Source of the DNA: an uncultured Chloroflexia bacterium
GTDB taxonomy: Bacteria; Chloroflexota; Anaerolineae; Anaerolineales; Anaerolineaceae
Direction of reading: 5' to 3'
Length of the DNA stretch: 32,000 bases
Assembly: GCA_963704755.1 (NCBI GenBank)
Contig: OY969938.1
Span: 360,001-392,000, forward strand
Both the position numbers and the translations under genes were made by a program. Numbering within the stretch: position 1 is the first letter of the stretch; every line of letters starts with the position of its first letter. The notes beneath the pieces were generated by a model. That model was not told the origin of the DNA and made no database searches. It saw nothing but the letters and a program-made list of their open reading frames with translations. This document shows positions 9,106 through 18,038 of the stretch, piece by piece.

Positions 9106-11607
9106 TTACGATTCTTTTTCGGCTTCCCTGGCTTTTTCTGCCTTTGATTTGGCCAGGCTGCACCGGGAAGCCTTGGGTTTCTCCTCGGCCGGGCTCAATG
9201 CCAGTTCCAACACCTGGTCCATGTGGACAACCGGGACAATTTTCAAGTCTTGCAGGACCTTCTTCGGCACGTCCACCAGGTCTTTCATGTTGCGTTCCGG
9301 CAAAAGCACCGTCTTCAAGCCGGCCCGGTGGGCGGCTAGAACCTTCTCGCGTACGCCGCCGATCGGCAGGATCTTACCGCGCAGGGTGATCTCACCGGTC
9401 ATACCCACGTCCTTAGAAATGCCTCTTTCGGTTATGGCCGAGATCAACGCGGTGGCCATGGTGATCCCCGCGCTGGGGCCATCCTTGGGAATGGCGCCTT
9501 CCGGAATGTGAATGTGAATATCCAACCGTTCGTATATTTCTGGGTCGATATCCAGGTCCCTGGAGCGCGATTTCATATACGAGAGCGCCGCCTGGGCCGA
9601 TTCCTGCATCACATCGCCAATCTGGCCGGTGATTTGCAGATTGCCTTTGCCTTCCATGATCAGCACTTCGACCGGCATGATTTCGCCGCCGTTTTCTGTC
9701 CAGGCGATGGCCGTCGCAACACCGATTTCATCCTGGCCTTCGGCTTCAGTTGTAAAGAACTGCGGCGGGCCCAGGAATTTTTCCACCGCGGCCGGGGTCA
9801 AATGGGTCGAAAAGCGCTTCTTTTCGGATTTCAAGCGCGCCATTTTCCGGCTCATCCGCCCGATCTCGCGTTCCAGGTTACGTACACCGGCCTCGTAGGT
9901 ATATTCGCGGATAATTTTGCGTAACGTTGGCTCCTGGAATTCGATTTCCTTCTCTTCCAGGCCGCTTTCTTCCAACTGGCGGGGGATCAGGAAACGATTG
10001 GCAATTTCGACCTTTTCCTCTTCGATATAGCCGGGGAATTCGATCGTTTCCATGCGGTCCAACAACGCCAGCGGGATCGTGGCCAGGTTGTTGGCCGTGG
10101 TAATGAACATTACCCTCGAGAGGTCGTATGCCAGCTCCAGGTAATGGTCCGAAAACGCGTAGTTCTGCTCAGGGTCGAGGACTTCCAGCAAGGCTGCCGA
10201 TGGGTCACCCCGGAAATCGGCGCCTAATTTGTCGATTTCATCCAACATGAACAGCGGATTGACCGTCCCGGCCCGGCGCATGGTTTGCAGCACCCGTCCA
10301 GGTAAAGCGCCAATATAGGTCCGCCGGTGTCCGCGGATTTCAGCTTCATCTCGCACACCCCCCAAGGAGACGCGAACGAACTTGCGCCCCAGCGCTTCGG
10401 AGATCGACCGGCCCAGCGAAGTCTTGCCGGTCCCCGGTGCGCCCACAAAACACAGGATCGGCTGGCGCATTTTCTTGGGTTTCAGGCTGCGCACAGCGAT
10501 GTATTCCAGGATGCGGTCTTTGGCTTTTCCCAGACCGTAATGGTACTGGTCCAATACCGTAGCAGCATGGACAACATCCAGGTTATCTTCCGTCTCGTTC
10601 GTCCAGGGCAGTTCCAGGATCCAATCCAGGTACGTGCGGATTATTCCCACTTCCGGAGCCATGGCCGGCATCTGTGAGAGCCGCTCCACCTCTTTGAGCG
10701 CCTGAGTCTTGACTTCTTCAGGCAGCTCCATCGAGGTAATCTTGTCGTGGACCTCAGTGATTTCGCGGGTAAAAATATCCCCTTCGCCCAATTCGGTCTG
10801 GATGGCTTTCATTTGCTCGCGCAGGTAGAATTCACGCTGGCTGCGGTCGACTTCGCTCTGCACCCGGTTTTGAATCTCATCTTCGAGTTGTAAAACGTCC
10901 AGTTCCTGGGCCAAAAGCCAGTTGACCCGTTTCAGCCGCTCGATCGGATCGATCAGCAGCAGCAAAGCCTGGCGCTCTTGCAACGGTAGCGAAATTGCCG
11001 TGGCCACCATATCGGCCAGCCAGCCCGGCTCGTGGATGTTCAACGAAAAGAGATGCGCTTCCTCGGGCAGGCTGCGGTCTAACTGGACACAACGCTCGAA
11101 CAGGTCGCGCGTGGTGCGCATCAGGGCTTCCGTTTTGCGCCCGGTTTCTTCAGGCTCTTCGATGATCCGGGCCGTGACCCGGAAGAATGGATCGGTCTGG
11201 GTGTAATCTACAATCTCCAGCCGCTTCCGGCCCTGGATGAGCGCCGAATTATTCCCGTCCGGGATCGTCAGCAGACGCCCAACGGCGATTTCGACCCCTA
11301 CCGGTAAAAAGTCAGCCGCACTGGGCTCTTCTATTTCCGGGTCTTTCAATACCAGGGCGACCATCGTCTCGTAATTGAATTGGGCTTCCTGGATGGCTAA
11401 AAGATTGGATCCGGGAATAACAAAAATTGGCGAGACCATCCTGGGTAAAATCACGATATCTCGCATAACCAAACCGGCCAGCTCGATCAGCCCATTCTCG
11501 TCCGGTTCCGCACCGGGTACCTGGTAGAGCTCCTCGGTTCGTTGGTGCAAGGAAGAACTGTAGTCTTCTGCGTCATTCTCTTTTGGGAACCAGTTATCTT
11601 TCGTCAT
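9106..11607 (-). CDS. lon: ATP-dependent Lon protease (LonA type)
   Basis: Walker A GAPGTGKTS, FMLDEIDK Walker B and the protease active site PKDGPSAGITMATAL, ~830 aa, with an N-terminal LON substrate-binding domain. The ORF opens at TTG 11610; the adjacent ATG 11607 is more likely. Confidence 0.95.
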   Translation of the reverse strand: MTKDNWFPKENDAEDYSSSLHQRTEELYQVPGAEPDENGLIELAGLVMRDIVILPRMVSPIFVIPGSNLLAIQEAQFNYETMVALVLKDPEIEEPSAADFLPVGVEIAVGRLLTIPDGNNSALIQGRKRLEIVDYTQTDPFFRVTARIIEEPEETGRKTEALMRTTRDLFERCVQLDRSLPEEAHLFSLNIHEPGWLADMVATAISLPLQERQALLLLIDPIERLKRVNWLLAQELDVLQLEDEIQNRVQSEVDRSQREFYLREQMKAIQTELGEGDIFTREITEVHDKITSMELPEEVKTQALKEVERLSQMPAMAPEVGIIRTYLDWILELPWTNETEDNLDVVHAATVLDQYHYGLGKAKDRILEYIAVRSLKPKKMRQPILCFVGAPGTGKTSLGRSISEALGRKFVRVSLGGVRDEAEIRGHRRTYIGALPGRVLQTMRRAGTVNPLFMLDEIDKLGADFRGDPSAALLEVLDPEQNYAFSDHYLELAYDLSRVMFITTANNLATIPLALLDRMETIEFPGYIEEEKVEIANRFLIPRQLEESGLEEKEIEFQEPTLRKIIREYTYEAGVRNLEREIGRMSRKMARLKSEKKRFSTHLTPAAVEKFLGPPQFFTTEAEGQDEIGVATAIAWTENGGEIMPVEVLIMEGKGNLQITGQIGDVMQESAQAALSYMKSRSRDLDIDPEIYERLDIHIHIPEGAIPKDGPSAGITMATALISAITERGISKDVGMTGEITLRGKILPIGGVREKVLAAHRAGLKTVLLPERNMKDLVDVPKKVLQDLKIVPVVHMDQVLELALSPAEEKPKASRCSLAKSKAEKAREAEKES

Positions 11608-11736
11608 CAATTATCCTGAAGTATAGTTTTACCACAAACTGAGCAAGCGGGTCGAGCTTGCAGGCTTTCGCGGGTAAGACGAAAGCCTTTTGCCAAGTTG
11701 ATCATTTAGTCCCCAACTATTGCTGCAAAGAATTTC

Positions 11737-13083
11737 TCAAGCAAGACGCCGCTGAAAATTACGGATAAGGTCCGGGAAGAAAATCCGGCCGCCGGCGGCG
11801 ACAAAAATACTTCCCGTAACTACAATGGCGCTTTCTCCATCGATCATTTGCAAAGCCCGCGCCAGGGCCGCCTCCAGAGGAACGACAACTTCTTTCCGGC
11901 AATTGTACTCTTGCGCCAATTCGGCCAGTTTATCTGCCGGATAGGAACGTGGATGAATAGATTGGGTGACGATCAACGCTTCTGCGCCTGGAAGGAGTTC
12001 GGCAAACATGCCGGTCACGTCCTTATCCTCTGATGCCCCAAAGACATAGACGATTTTCCTTCCTTGCAGATATTCGCGAATCGCCTGGGCTAATTTTATC
12101 GCCGAATCACGGTTATGGGCCGAATCCAAAATAATGAGTGGCTGGCGAGAAATAACCTCGAAGCGCCCCGGCCATTCGACCTGGGCAAATCCGCTCATGA
12201 TCGCCTCTTCCGTAAGGTTAAATCCCTCGGATTTAATGACCTGCAAGGCAGCATACGCGGTCACCGCATTTTCGATCTGATGACGGCCCAAAAGCGGGAT
12301 AGAAAATTCCTCCCAAACACCTTCAGCGGTTTGCATTCTAAAATTCTGCTTATCCAGCGAGTGCTGCAGCGGCTCCGAAGGATATTTTTCTGAGGAAATG
12401 GTCAACGGAGAACCCCGTTCGGCGGCAATTTTTTTGATCACATCCAGGGCGGCCGGCTTCTGCGGAGAAGCCACCACCGGCCGGCCGGGTTTAATAATCC
12501 CCGCTTTTTCGAAGCTGATCTTTTCCAGGGTATCCCCCAGGACTTTCATGTGGTCCATTGAAAGAGACGTGATCACCGAGACCAACGGCGATACGACGTT
12601 GGTCGAATCCAGCCGCCCGCCCAACCCAACTTCGATCACGGCGATATCCACCTTCTCGTCAGCAAAGTACAGGAAACAGGCTGCTGTAACCAGGTCGAAG
12701 GTAGAAACGTGCGGATTGGCTTCCGCTGCCGGCTTGATTCGTTCCACCAGCTCGACCAGCCGGGCATGCGAGATGGGCTGGCGGTTAATCTGGATCCGCT
12801 CGTTGAAATCTTCCAGGTGAGGGGAAGAATAAAAGCCGACTTTATAGCCGGAAAATTGCAGGGCCGCGGCAATCATCGCCCCGGTTGAGCCTTTGCCTTT
12901 GGTGCCGGCAATGTGGACCACCGGGAACTCGAATTGGGGTGAGCCGAAGAACTCAGCTAACGTACGCATCCGTTCGAGGTTGAAAGCTTCTTCCGAAAAT
13001 TTTAAGTTTCGTGTTAGACTGTAATCCACAAATTTAAACAAATAATCCAACGCATCCTGATAAGCTGTTTCCACATCAACCAT
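11737..13083 (-). CDS. folC: bifunctional folylpolyglutamate synthase / dihydrofolate synthase
   Basis: P-loop HIAGTKGKGST, Mur-ligase-family layout and SAHN motif (ILDSAHNRDS). The likely start is ATG 13083 (MVDVETAYQDALDYLF), with GGAAGG about 7 nt upstream. The ORF can be extended to TTG 13143. Confidence 0.9.
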   Translation of the reverse strand: MVDVETAYQDALDYLFKFVDYSLTRNLKFSEEAFNLERMRTLAEFFGSPQFEFPVVHIAGTKGKGSTGAMIAAALQFSGYKVGFYSSPHLEDFNERIQINRQPISHARLVELVERIKPAAEANPHVSTFDLVTAACFLYFADEKVDIAVIEVGLGGRLDSTNVVSPLVSVITSLSMDHMKVLGDTLEKISFEKAGIIKPGRPVVASPQKPAALDVIKKIAAERGSPLTISSEKYPSEPLQHSLDKQNFRMQTAEGVWEEFSIPLLGRHQIENAVTAYAALQVIKSEGFNLTEEAIMSGFAQVEWPGRFEVISRQPLIILDSAHNRDSAIKLAQAIREYLQGRKIVYVFGASEDKDVTGMFAELLPGAEALIVTQSIHPRSYPADKLAELAQEYNCRKEVVVPLEAALARALQMIDGESAIVVTGSIFVAAGGRIFFPDLIRNFQRRLA

Positions 13084-13149
13084 GAAATACCTTCCACGGA
13101 GCAAGAATGGAAGCATTGTAACCAAGCCATTCTCTTTTCGCAAGGTTTG

Positions 13150-13313
13150 CTGCTTTACGCATCAGGGCGATTGCAGCCTGCCTGCTTTTCGAGGGCAATT
13201 CCCCAAAGAATGGGTTTTTGAGTGATATTGGGGGGCTACGCCCCCCAATATCACTCAAAATTATCCTTCTGTTGAGGCTAAATTGGCATGATGCGATCGC
13301 CCTGCTTTACGCA
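13150..13313. repeat. MITE/REP-like non-coding element: 12-nt direct repeats, inverted termini, central perfect 20-bp palindrome
   Basis: CTGCTTTACGCA occurs at 13150-13161 and again at 13302-13313. Inverted termini CAGGGCGATTGCAG (13163-13176) and ATGCGATCGCCCTG (13291-13304) are 12/14 complementary. The central inverted repeat is 13216-13235 / 13241-13260 (TTTTGAGTGATATTGGGGGG ctacg CCCCCCAATATCACTCAAAA). Confidence 0.5.
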
Positions 13314-13350
13314 GATCGGCGAACAGCGGTAAAATGAGACCTGTCTCCGT

Positions 13351-13641
13351 GTGATCATGATCGTAGGCTATCTTTACCTGCATTTGCATTTACCCGGCTG
13401 CACTTCGCTCAAAGAAAAGCGCAGCCTGATCAAGCCGTTGATCGCCCGCCTGCACCGTGAATTCAATATCTCGGTGGCCGAGATCGGGCTGAACGATCAT
13501 TGGCAGGAAACCCTGATCGGCTGTGCCTTAGCCGCGAACAACGCTGCCTATGCACAGAAAGCCCTGCAGACCGTAGTAGATTTTACCGGTGCGCATTGGC
13601 CGGATCTGGAAATCCTTGACCACCGTATCGAAACTTTTTAA
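13351..13641 (+). CDS. DUF503 (YlxP-like) family protein
   Basis: VGYLYLHLHLPGCTSLKEKRSLIKPLIARLHREFNISVAE matches the DUF503 pattern (small ~95 aa, SLKEKR motif). Start is GTG 13351 or ATG 13357. Confidence 0.8.
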   Translation: MIMIVGYLYLHLHLPGCTSLKEKRSLIKPLIARLHREFNISVAEIGLNDHWQETLIGCALAANNAAYAQKALQTVVDFTGAHWPDLEILDHRIETF

Positions 13642-13713
13642 AGCAAAGTTTAATCCTGGTGGGATTTACCCTGTTCCAACAAACCTGAAGATTCAATAAC
13701 CAATGGAGCAACC

Positions 13714-14502
13714 ATGGATCTGGGATTAAAAGGAAAAATCGCCCTGGTGACCGGGGCCAGCAAGGGACTGGGGCTGGCCGTTGCCGAGCTGCTCGCCCGC
13801 GAAGGCGCCCGGGTAGCCATCAACGCCCGCAACGTCGAACGGATCGAGAAAGCCCTGGCAAACCTCACCTTGGCCGGCGGAGACGCCATTGCCCTCCCTG
13901 GCGATGTGACCGACCCGAGTGTACCCGATCAGCTCATCACTCAAACCGTCCAGCAATGGGGCGGATTGGATATTCTGATCGCAAACGCCGGCGGGCCACC
14001 TGCCGGTCCCTTCGACCAGTTCGATGATGCCGCCTGGCACCAGGCCGTCGAATTGAACTTCCTCAGCACTGTACGTTTGATTCGGGCCGCCTTGCCCTAT
14101 TTAAAGAAGTCCAAAACACCCGCAGTCCTGACGGTGACATCATTTTCTGTAAAACAGCCTATCCCCAACCTGGTGCTATCGAACAGTATTCGCGCCGCCA
14201 CGGTAGGCCTGACCAAAAGCCTGGCCCTGGAATTGGGCGGCGAGGGCATTCGCTTCAACTCGATCCTGCCGGGCTGGACTGAAACCGAGCGCGTTACCAG
14301 TTTGATGGCCAGTCGCGCGGCCAGTAAAGGCACATCGGTAGAGGTTGAAACGGCCGCTCAAGCCGCCGAGATCGCCCTGGGACGCATGGCGCAGCCCAAT
14401 GAATTTGCCAACGCGGCTGTTTTCCTGGTCTCCCCGGCTGCCAGCTATATCACCGGAGTGATGCTCAATGTCGATGGCGGTGTCGTCCGCGGATTGTTCT
14501 AG
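13714..14502 (+). CDS. SDR-family oxidoreductase, atypical (BKR-like) with non-canonical active-site positions
   Basis: Rossmann motif ALVTGASKGLG and NAGG. At the expected YxxxK position the sequence reads SNSIR (residues 156-160). A GGAG RBS lies upstream. Confidence 0.85.
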   Translation: MDLGLKGKIALVTGASKGLGLAVAELLAREGARVAINARNVERIEKALANLTLAGGDAIALPGDVTDPSVPDQLITQTVQQWGGLDILIANAGGPPAGPFDQFDDAAWHQAVELNFLSTVRLIRAALPYLKKSKTPAVLTVTSFSVKQPIPNLVLSNSIRAATVGLTKSLALELGGEGIRFNSILPGWTETERVTSLMASRAASKGTSVEVETAAQAAEIALGRMAQPNEFANAAVFLVSPAASYITGVMLNVDGGVVRGLF

Positions 14503-14650
14503 CCAGGCCATAATCCGATCTTCGCCAAAATAATTGGATAATTTAAGGTAAAATTGGTTTGGCCCAATCGACTGACAAAAATTTGGCCAGAGACTGGCTT
14601 TGTGCCTTTTGTGGCACTTCTTTAGTGGTAAATTCCCTGGAGCATGATTT

Positions 14651-16567
14651 ATGAATAGTCAACCGGTAAATGAAACCCTGTTAGAGCGCATCTTGCCGAC
14701 CGTGCAAAAACCCGGCCGCTACGTCGGAGGCGAATTTAACCAGGTCATCAAAGACTGGGACAAGACAGCCACACGGGTGGCCCTATCCTTCCCGGATATT
14801 TACGATATCGGCCTGCCCAACCTGGGCCTGGCCATCTTATACGACACGCTGAATAACCGCGAGGACGTCCTGGCCGAAAGGACCTACTTGCCCTGGCTGG
14901 ATATGGAAGAAGCTATGCGCAGCCATGGGATCCCGCTGTACTCGCTTGAAAGCAAACATCCCATTCGCGAGTTCGATATCCTGGCCTTCACCCTGCCTTA
15001 CGAGACCCTGTACACCAACCTGCTCAATGCCCTCGACCTGGCCAATATCCCGATCTTCAGCCAGAATCGCAGCCGGACCGATCCGCTGGTGATCGCCGGC
15101 GGCCATGCCACTTACAATCCGGAACCCATGTCCGCCTTCATCGATGCCTTTGCTATCGGCGAAGGCGAAGAGATCATTCATGATATCGTCAACACCTACC
15201 AATTATGGAAGGAGTCCGGTGCAGACCGCCCCGAGCTGCTCAAACACCTGGCCGGAATTATGGGCGTCTACGTGCCCAGCCTGTACGAGGCTCATTACAA
15301 TGAGGACGGGACCGTCGCCGAGACCGTGCCGATTGAATCGGAAGCCGTGCCCAAAATCGTGATGAAGCGTTTGGTAGCCCACCTGCCGCCTCCGCCAACC
15401 CGTTTCCTGGTCCCGTCGATCGACGTGGTGCATAACCGCATCGCGGTTGAAATTATGCGCGGCTGCACTCGCGGCTGCCGTTTCTGCCACGCCGGCATGG
15501 TCACCCGCCCGGTGCGCGAAAGGCCGGTCGAGGAGATCATCAATTCGATCCGCGCCGCCATTCAGAATACCGGTTTCGAAGAAGTTGCTCTGCTCTCCCT
15601 GTCATCCTCTGACTACACGAATATCCTTGAGCTGGTCGAGCAGGTCAAGCAGAATACCAGTAACAACCGCCTGGTCGTATCGCTGCCATCCCTGCGAATC
15701 GAGAGCTTTTCTGTCGATTTGATGGAGAAACTGAAAGGTTCGCGCCAGGGTGGCTTTACCCTGGCTCCCGAAGCGGCCACCGAACGGATGCGCAATATCA
15801 TCAATAAGCCCATCTCCACCGAAGCCCTGTTGAACACGGCCCGCGAGATCTATTCCCGCGGCTGGACCACCATCAAGCTCTATTTCATGATCGGTCACCC
15901 GCTGGAAACCCTGGAAGACGTACAGGCCATTGTCGACCTGTGCAAAACCGTTTTGGCTGAAGGCCGCAAGGTTATCGGTAAACGAGCCAATCTGCACGCC
16001 GGGGTCAGCACCTTCGTGCCCAAACCCCACACGCCATTTCAATGGGTACCCTGCGACGACATGGATTCGATTTTGGCTAAACAAAACTTGCTGCGCAGCG
16101 AAATGCGTGCCCCTGGCCTGAAATTGACCTGGAATAACCCGGAAGAATCCCTGTTGGAAGCCTGGCTGTCCCGCGGCGACCGGCGCCTGTCCGAGGTGAT
16201 CTACCTGGCCTGGCGCAACGGCGCCAAGTTCGATGCCTGGCAGGACCAGATGAAATACCAGGCCTGGATGGACGCGTTCGAAGAAACCGGCTTGAACCCT
16301 AACTTCTACACCTACCGCACCCGAGCCGAAGCCGAAGTTTTCCCCTGGGATCACATCTTCGCCGGGGTGCGCAAATCCTACATCCTGGGCGAATATCGCG
16401 CCAGCAAAGTAGGCGCTTTGCAAGAGGACTGCCGCAAAGGCTGCTTCGCCTGCGGTATTTTGCCGGCTTACGCGCAAATGCGCCGCGAACATCCCGGCGA
16501 GCACTGGAAATGCCCGGATGTGTCGGTGCGCCACAAACGGACTGAGCCGGAAAAAGTGGGAGCGTAA
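14651..16567 (+). CDS. B12-binding-domain radical SAM protein of unknown function (TIGR03960-type as I recall)
   Basis: N-terminal ILPTVQKPGRYVGGEFN and the radical SAM cluster motif CTRGCRFCHAG (CxxxCxxC), ~640 aa, followed by a DUF2344 gene. Confidence 0.88.
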   Translation: MNSQPVNETLLERILPTVQKPGRYVGGEFNQVIKDWDKTATRVALSFPDIYDIGLPNLGLAILYDTLNNREDVLAERTYLPWLDMEEAMRSHGIPLYSLESKHPIREFDILAFTLPYETLYTNLLNALDLANIPIFSQNRSRTDPLVIAGGHATYNPEPMSAFIDAFAIGEGEEIIHDIVNTYQLWKESGADRPELLKHLAGIMGVYVPSLYEAHYNEDGTVAETVPIESEAVPKIVMKRLVAHLPPPPTRFLVPSIDVVHNRIAVEIMRGCTRGCRFCHAGMVTRPVRERPVEEIINSIRAAIQNTGFEEVALLSLSSSDYTNILELVEQVKQNTSNNRLVVSLPSLRIESFSVDLMEKLKGSRQGGFTLAPEAATERMRNIINKPISTEALLNTAREIYSRGWTTIKLYFMIGHPLETLEDVQAIVDLCKTVLAEGRKVIGKRANLHAGVSTFVPKPHTPFQWVPCDDMDSILAKQNLLRSEMRAPGLKLTWNNPEESLLEAWLSRGDRRLSEVIYLAWRNGAKFDAWQDQMKYQAWMDAFEETGLNPNFYTYRTRAEAEVFPWDHIFAGVRKSYILGEYRASKVGALQEDCRKGCFACGILPAYAQMRREHPGEHWKCPDVSVRHKRTEPEKVGA

Positions 16568-16572
16568 GGGTT

Positions 16573-17208
16573 ATGAACCGTTTTCGAATCACTTTTTCCC
16601 GAACCGAAGCGTTGCGCTATACCGGCAACCTGGACATGCAAAAAGTATGGGAACGCTATTTACGCCGGGCTGGGATTCCGGTGGCGTACAGCAATGGATT
16701 CCATCCCCAGGCACGGATCCAATTGGCCTGCCCATTACCCCTGGGATTCCTCAGCGACCAGGAGATCGTGGATATTTGGGTGGACGAGGAAGGCTATTCT
16801 TTCGAGAATTTGGGCAGCTCCTTCGCCACGACAAACCAGCCTGGGATAGAAATCATTCGAATTGAGCCGGTCGAATTGAGCAGCCCGGCCCTGGCCACCT
16901 GCGTGCAGTCCGCCGATTACCGCGTGGTTTTGTTCGACCCGGTGGATGAAGCCTGGCTGCGCGACCAGATCGACCGGTTGTGCGCGAGCAATTCTATTCT
17001 ACGGGAACGGCGCGGCAAGAAATACGACTTGCGTCCTCTGGTCGAAAATCTGGAACTGGAACCTTCGCCGGAAGGCACCGCCCTGATCATGCGCCTGTCG
17101 GCTCGTGATTCGGCGACCGGCCGGCCGGAAGAGGTACTGGCAGCGTTAAACCTGGACCGTTTTGGCGCTCGCTACATCCGCAGCGGATTGGTCCTAAAAA
17201 CTTGTTGA
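16573..17208 (+). CDS. radical-SAM-linked protein, DUF2344 (TIGR03936-type as I recall)
   Basis: MNRFRITFSRTEALRYTGNLDMQKVWERYLRRAGIPVAYSNGFHPQARIQLACPLPLG is characteristic of DUF2344. It starts 5 nt after the radical SAM stop. Confidence 0.85.
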   Translation: MNRFRITFSRTEALRYTGNLDMQKVWERYLRRAGIPVAYSNGFHPQARIQLACPLPLGFLSDQEIVDIWVDEEGYSFENLGSSFATTNQPGIEIIRIEPVELSSPALATCVQSADYRVVLFDPVDEAWLRDQIDRLCASNSILRERRGKKYDLRPLVENLELEPSPEGTALIMRLSARDSATGRPEEVLAALNLDRFGARYIRSGLVLKTC

Positions 17209-17224
17209 TAAATTCGCCATTGGT

Positions 17225-17959
17225 GTGAAAGAAAACTCTTCTACTCAACCTGTTGTGTATCAATGCACCAACCCGGAATGCAGCCTGCGATTTCCAGCCA
17301 TCCGGCCGCTTTACGCAAATCCGCTTTGCCCGCGCTGCAAAGCGCTTACCCAGCGGGTACCGCAGGCGCAAGAGATCAAATCTTTCACACCTCCTGTTTT
17401 GGCAGACCCAGGCCAAAAGGTAGAGGTTTTTCTGGATAATATCCGCTCCACCTTCAACGTCGGTGCCATGTTCCGCACCGCCGATGGGGCCGGGATAAGC
17501 CAAATCACCCTGTGCGGCATCACACCTCTCCCCGATAACCCCAAGGTGTCCAAAACCGCCCTGGGCGCCGAGCTATCGGTTCCCTGGACGTATTATCCCA
17601 ATGGGCTTAACGCGGTCAAAGCGATCCAACAAAGCGGTAAGCACCTGCTGGCGCTGGAGGTCACTCCGGACGCCAGTTCGCTGTTCGAATATTCGCCACC
17701 CACAGACGGCCAACCGCTCGTCCTGGTCGTGGGCAACGAGGTCACCGGGATCGACCCGGAAATCGGCCGGTTATGCGAGCAAACCATCTGGATCCCGATG
17801 AGCGGTTACAAACGCTCGCTCAACGTGTCCATTGCTTTTGGAATTGCCGTGTATTACCTGCGCTACCAGGGCGTCATCCGCGGTAATAGACCTGCCCTTT
17901 CTGGAGAAGGCTCCCCATCCCTTGAATCCTCTATTGACCTGCCGAACCAGAAAAGATAA
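17225..17959 (+). CDS. SpoU/TrmH-family RNA 2-prime-O-methyltransferase with N-terminal zinc ribbon
   Basis: N-terminal CTNPEC...CPRC; SpoU motifs FLDNIRSTFNVGAMFRTADGAG, LVVGNEVTGI and IPMSGYKRSLNVSIAFGIAVY. GTG start. Confidence 0.85.
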   Translation: MKENSSTQPVVYQCTNPECSLRFPAIRPLYANPLCPRCKALTQRVPQAQEIKSFTPPVLADPGQKVEVFLDNIRSTFNVGAMFRTADGAGISQITLCGITPLPDNPKVSKTALGAELSVPWTYYPNGLNAVKAIQQSGKHLLALEVTPDASSLFEYSPPTDGQPLVLVVGNEVTGIDPEIGRLCEQTIWIPMSGYKRSLNVSIAFGIAVYYLRYQGVIRGNRPALSGEGSPSLESSIDLPNQKR

Positions 17960-18038
17960 AATGTGCGAGCATTATTTCAGAATATAAATCTTCTTCTTCC
18001 CAAATTATTCCTCAAAGTCCCACTGTGGAGGCGCAATA

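Noticed and set aside
11662-11688. 9-bp hairpin AGGCTTTCG-N9-CGAAAGCCT between folC and lon, as a folC terminator.
   Set aside because: The T-tract follows the hairpin on the + strand, not on the minus strand where folC and lon are transcribed, and there is no + strand gene upstream. Its function is unclear. It could be a weak U-tract-less terminator or simply part of the lon leader.
13076-13258. 60-aa minus-strand ORF spanning the folC upstream region and the 13216-13260 palindrome.
   Set aside because: It overlaps the folC start, runs through a perfect hairpin, and has no RBS and no recognisable motif. It is most likely non-coding.
13293-13300. GCGATCGC (the cyanobacterial HIP1 palindrome) inside the right terminus of the MITE-like element.
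   Set aside because: I noticed only this single occurrence in the window, so it is not evidence of HIP1 enrichment or cyanobacterial origin.
15602-16534. 310-aa ORF on the minus strand inside the radical SAM gene. Similar long antisense ORFs occur at 109-795, 9050-9924, 21693-22571, 22956-23645, 24703-25269 and 27325-29131.
   Set aside because: These are shadow ORFs opposite strongly supported genes in GC-rich DNA. Their translations are Arg/Gly/Ala/Pro-rich low-complexity sequence with no recognisable motifs.
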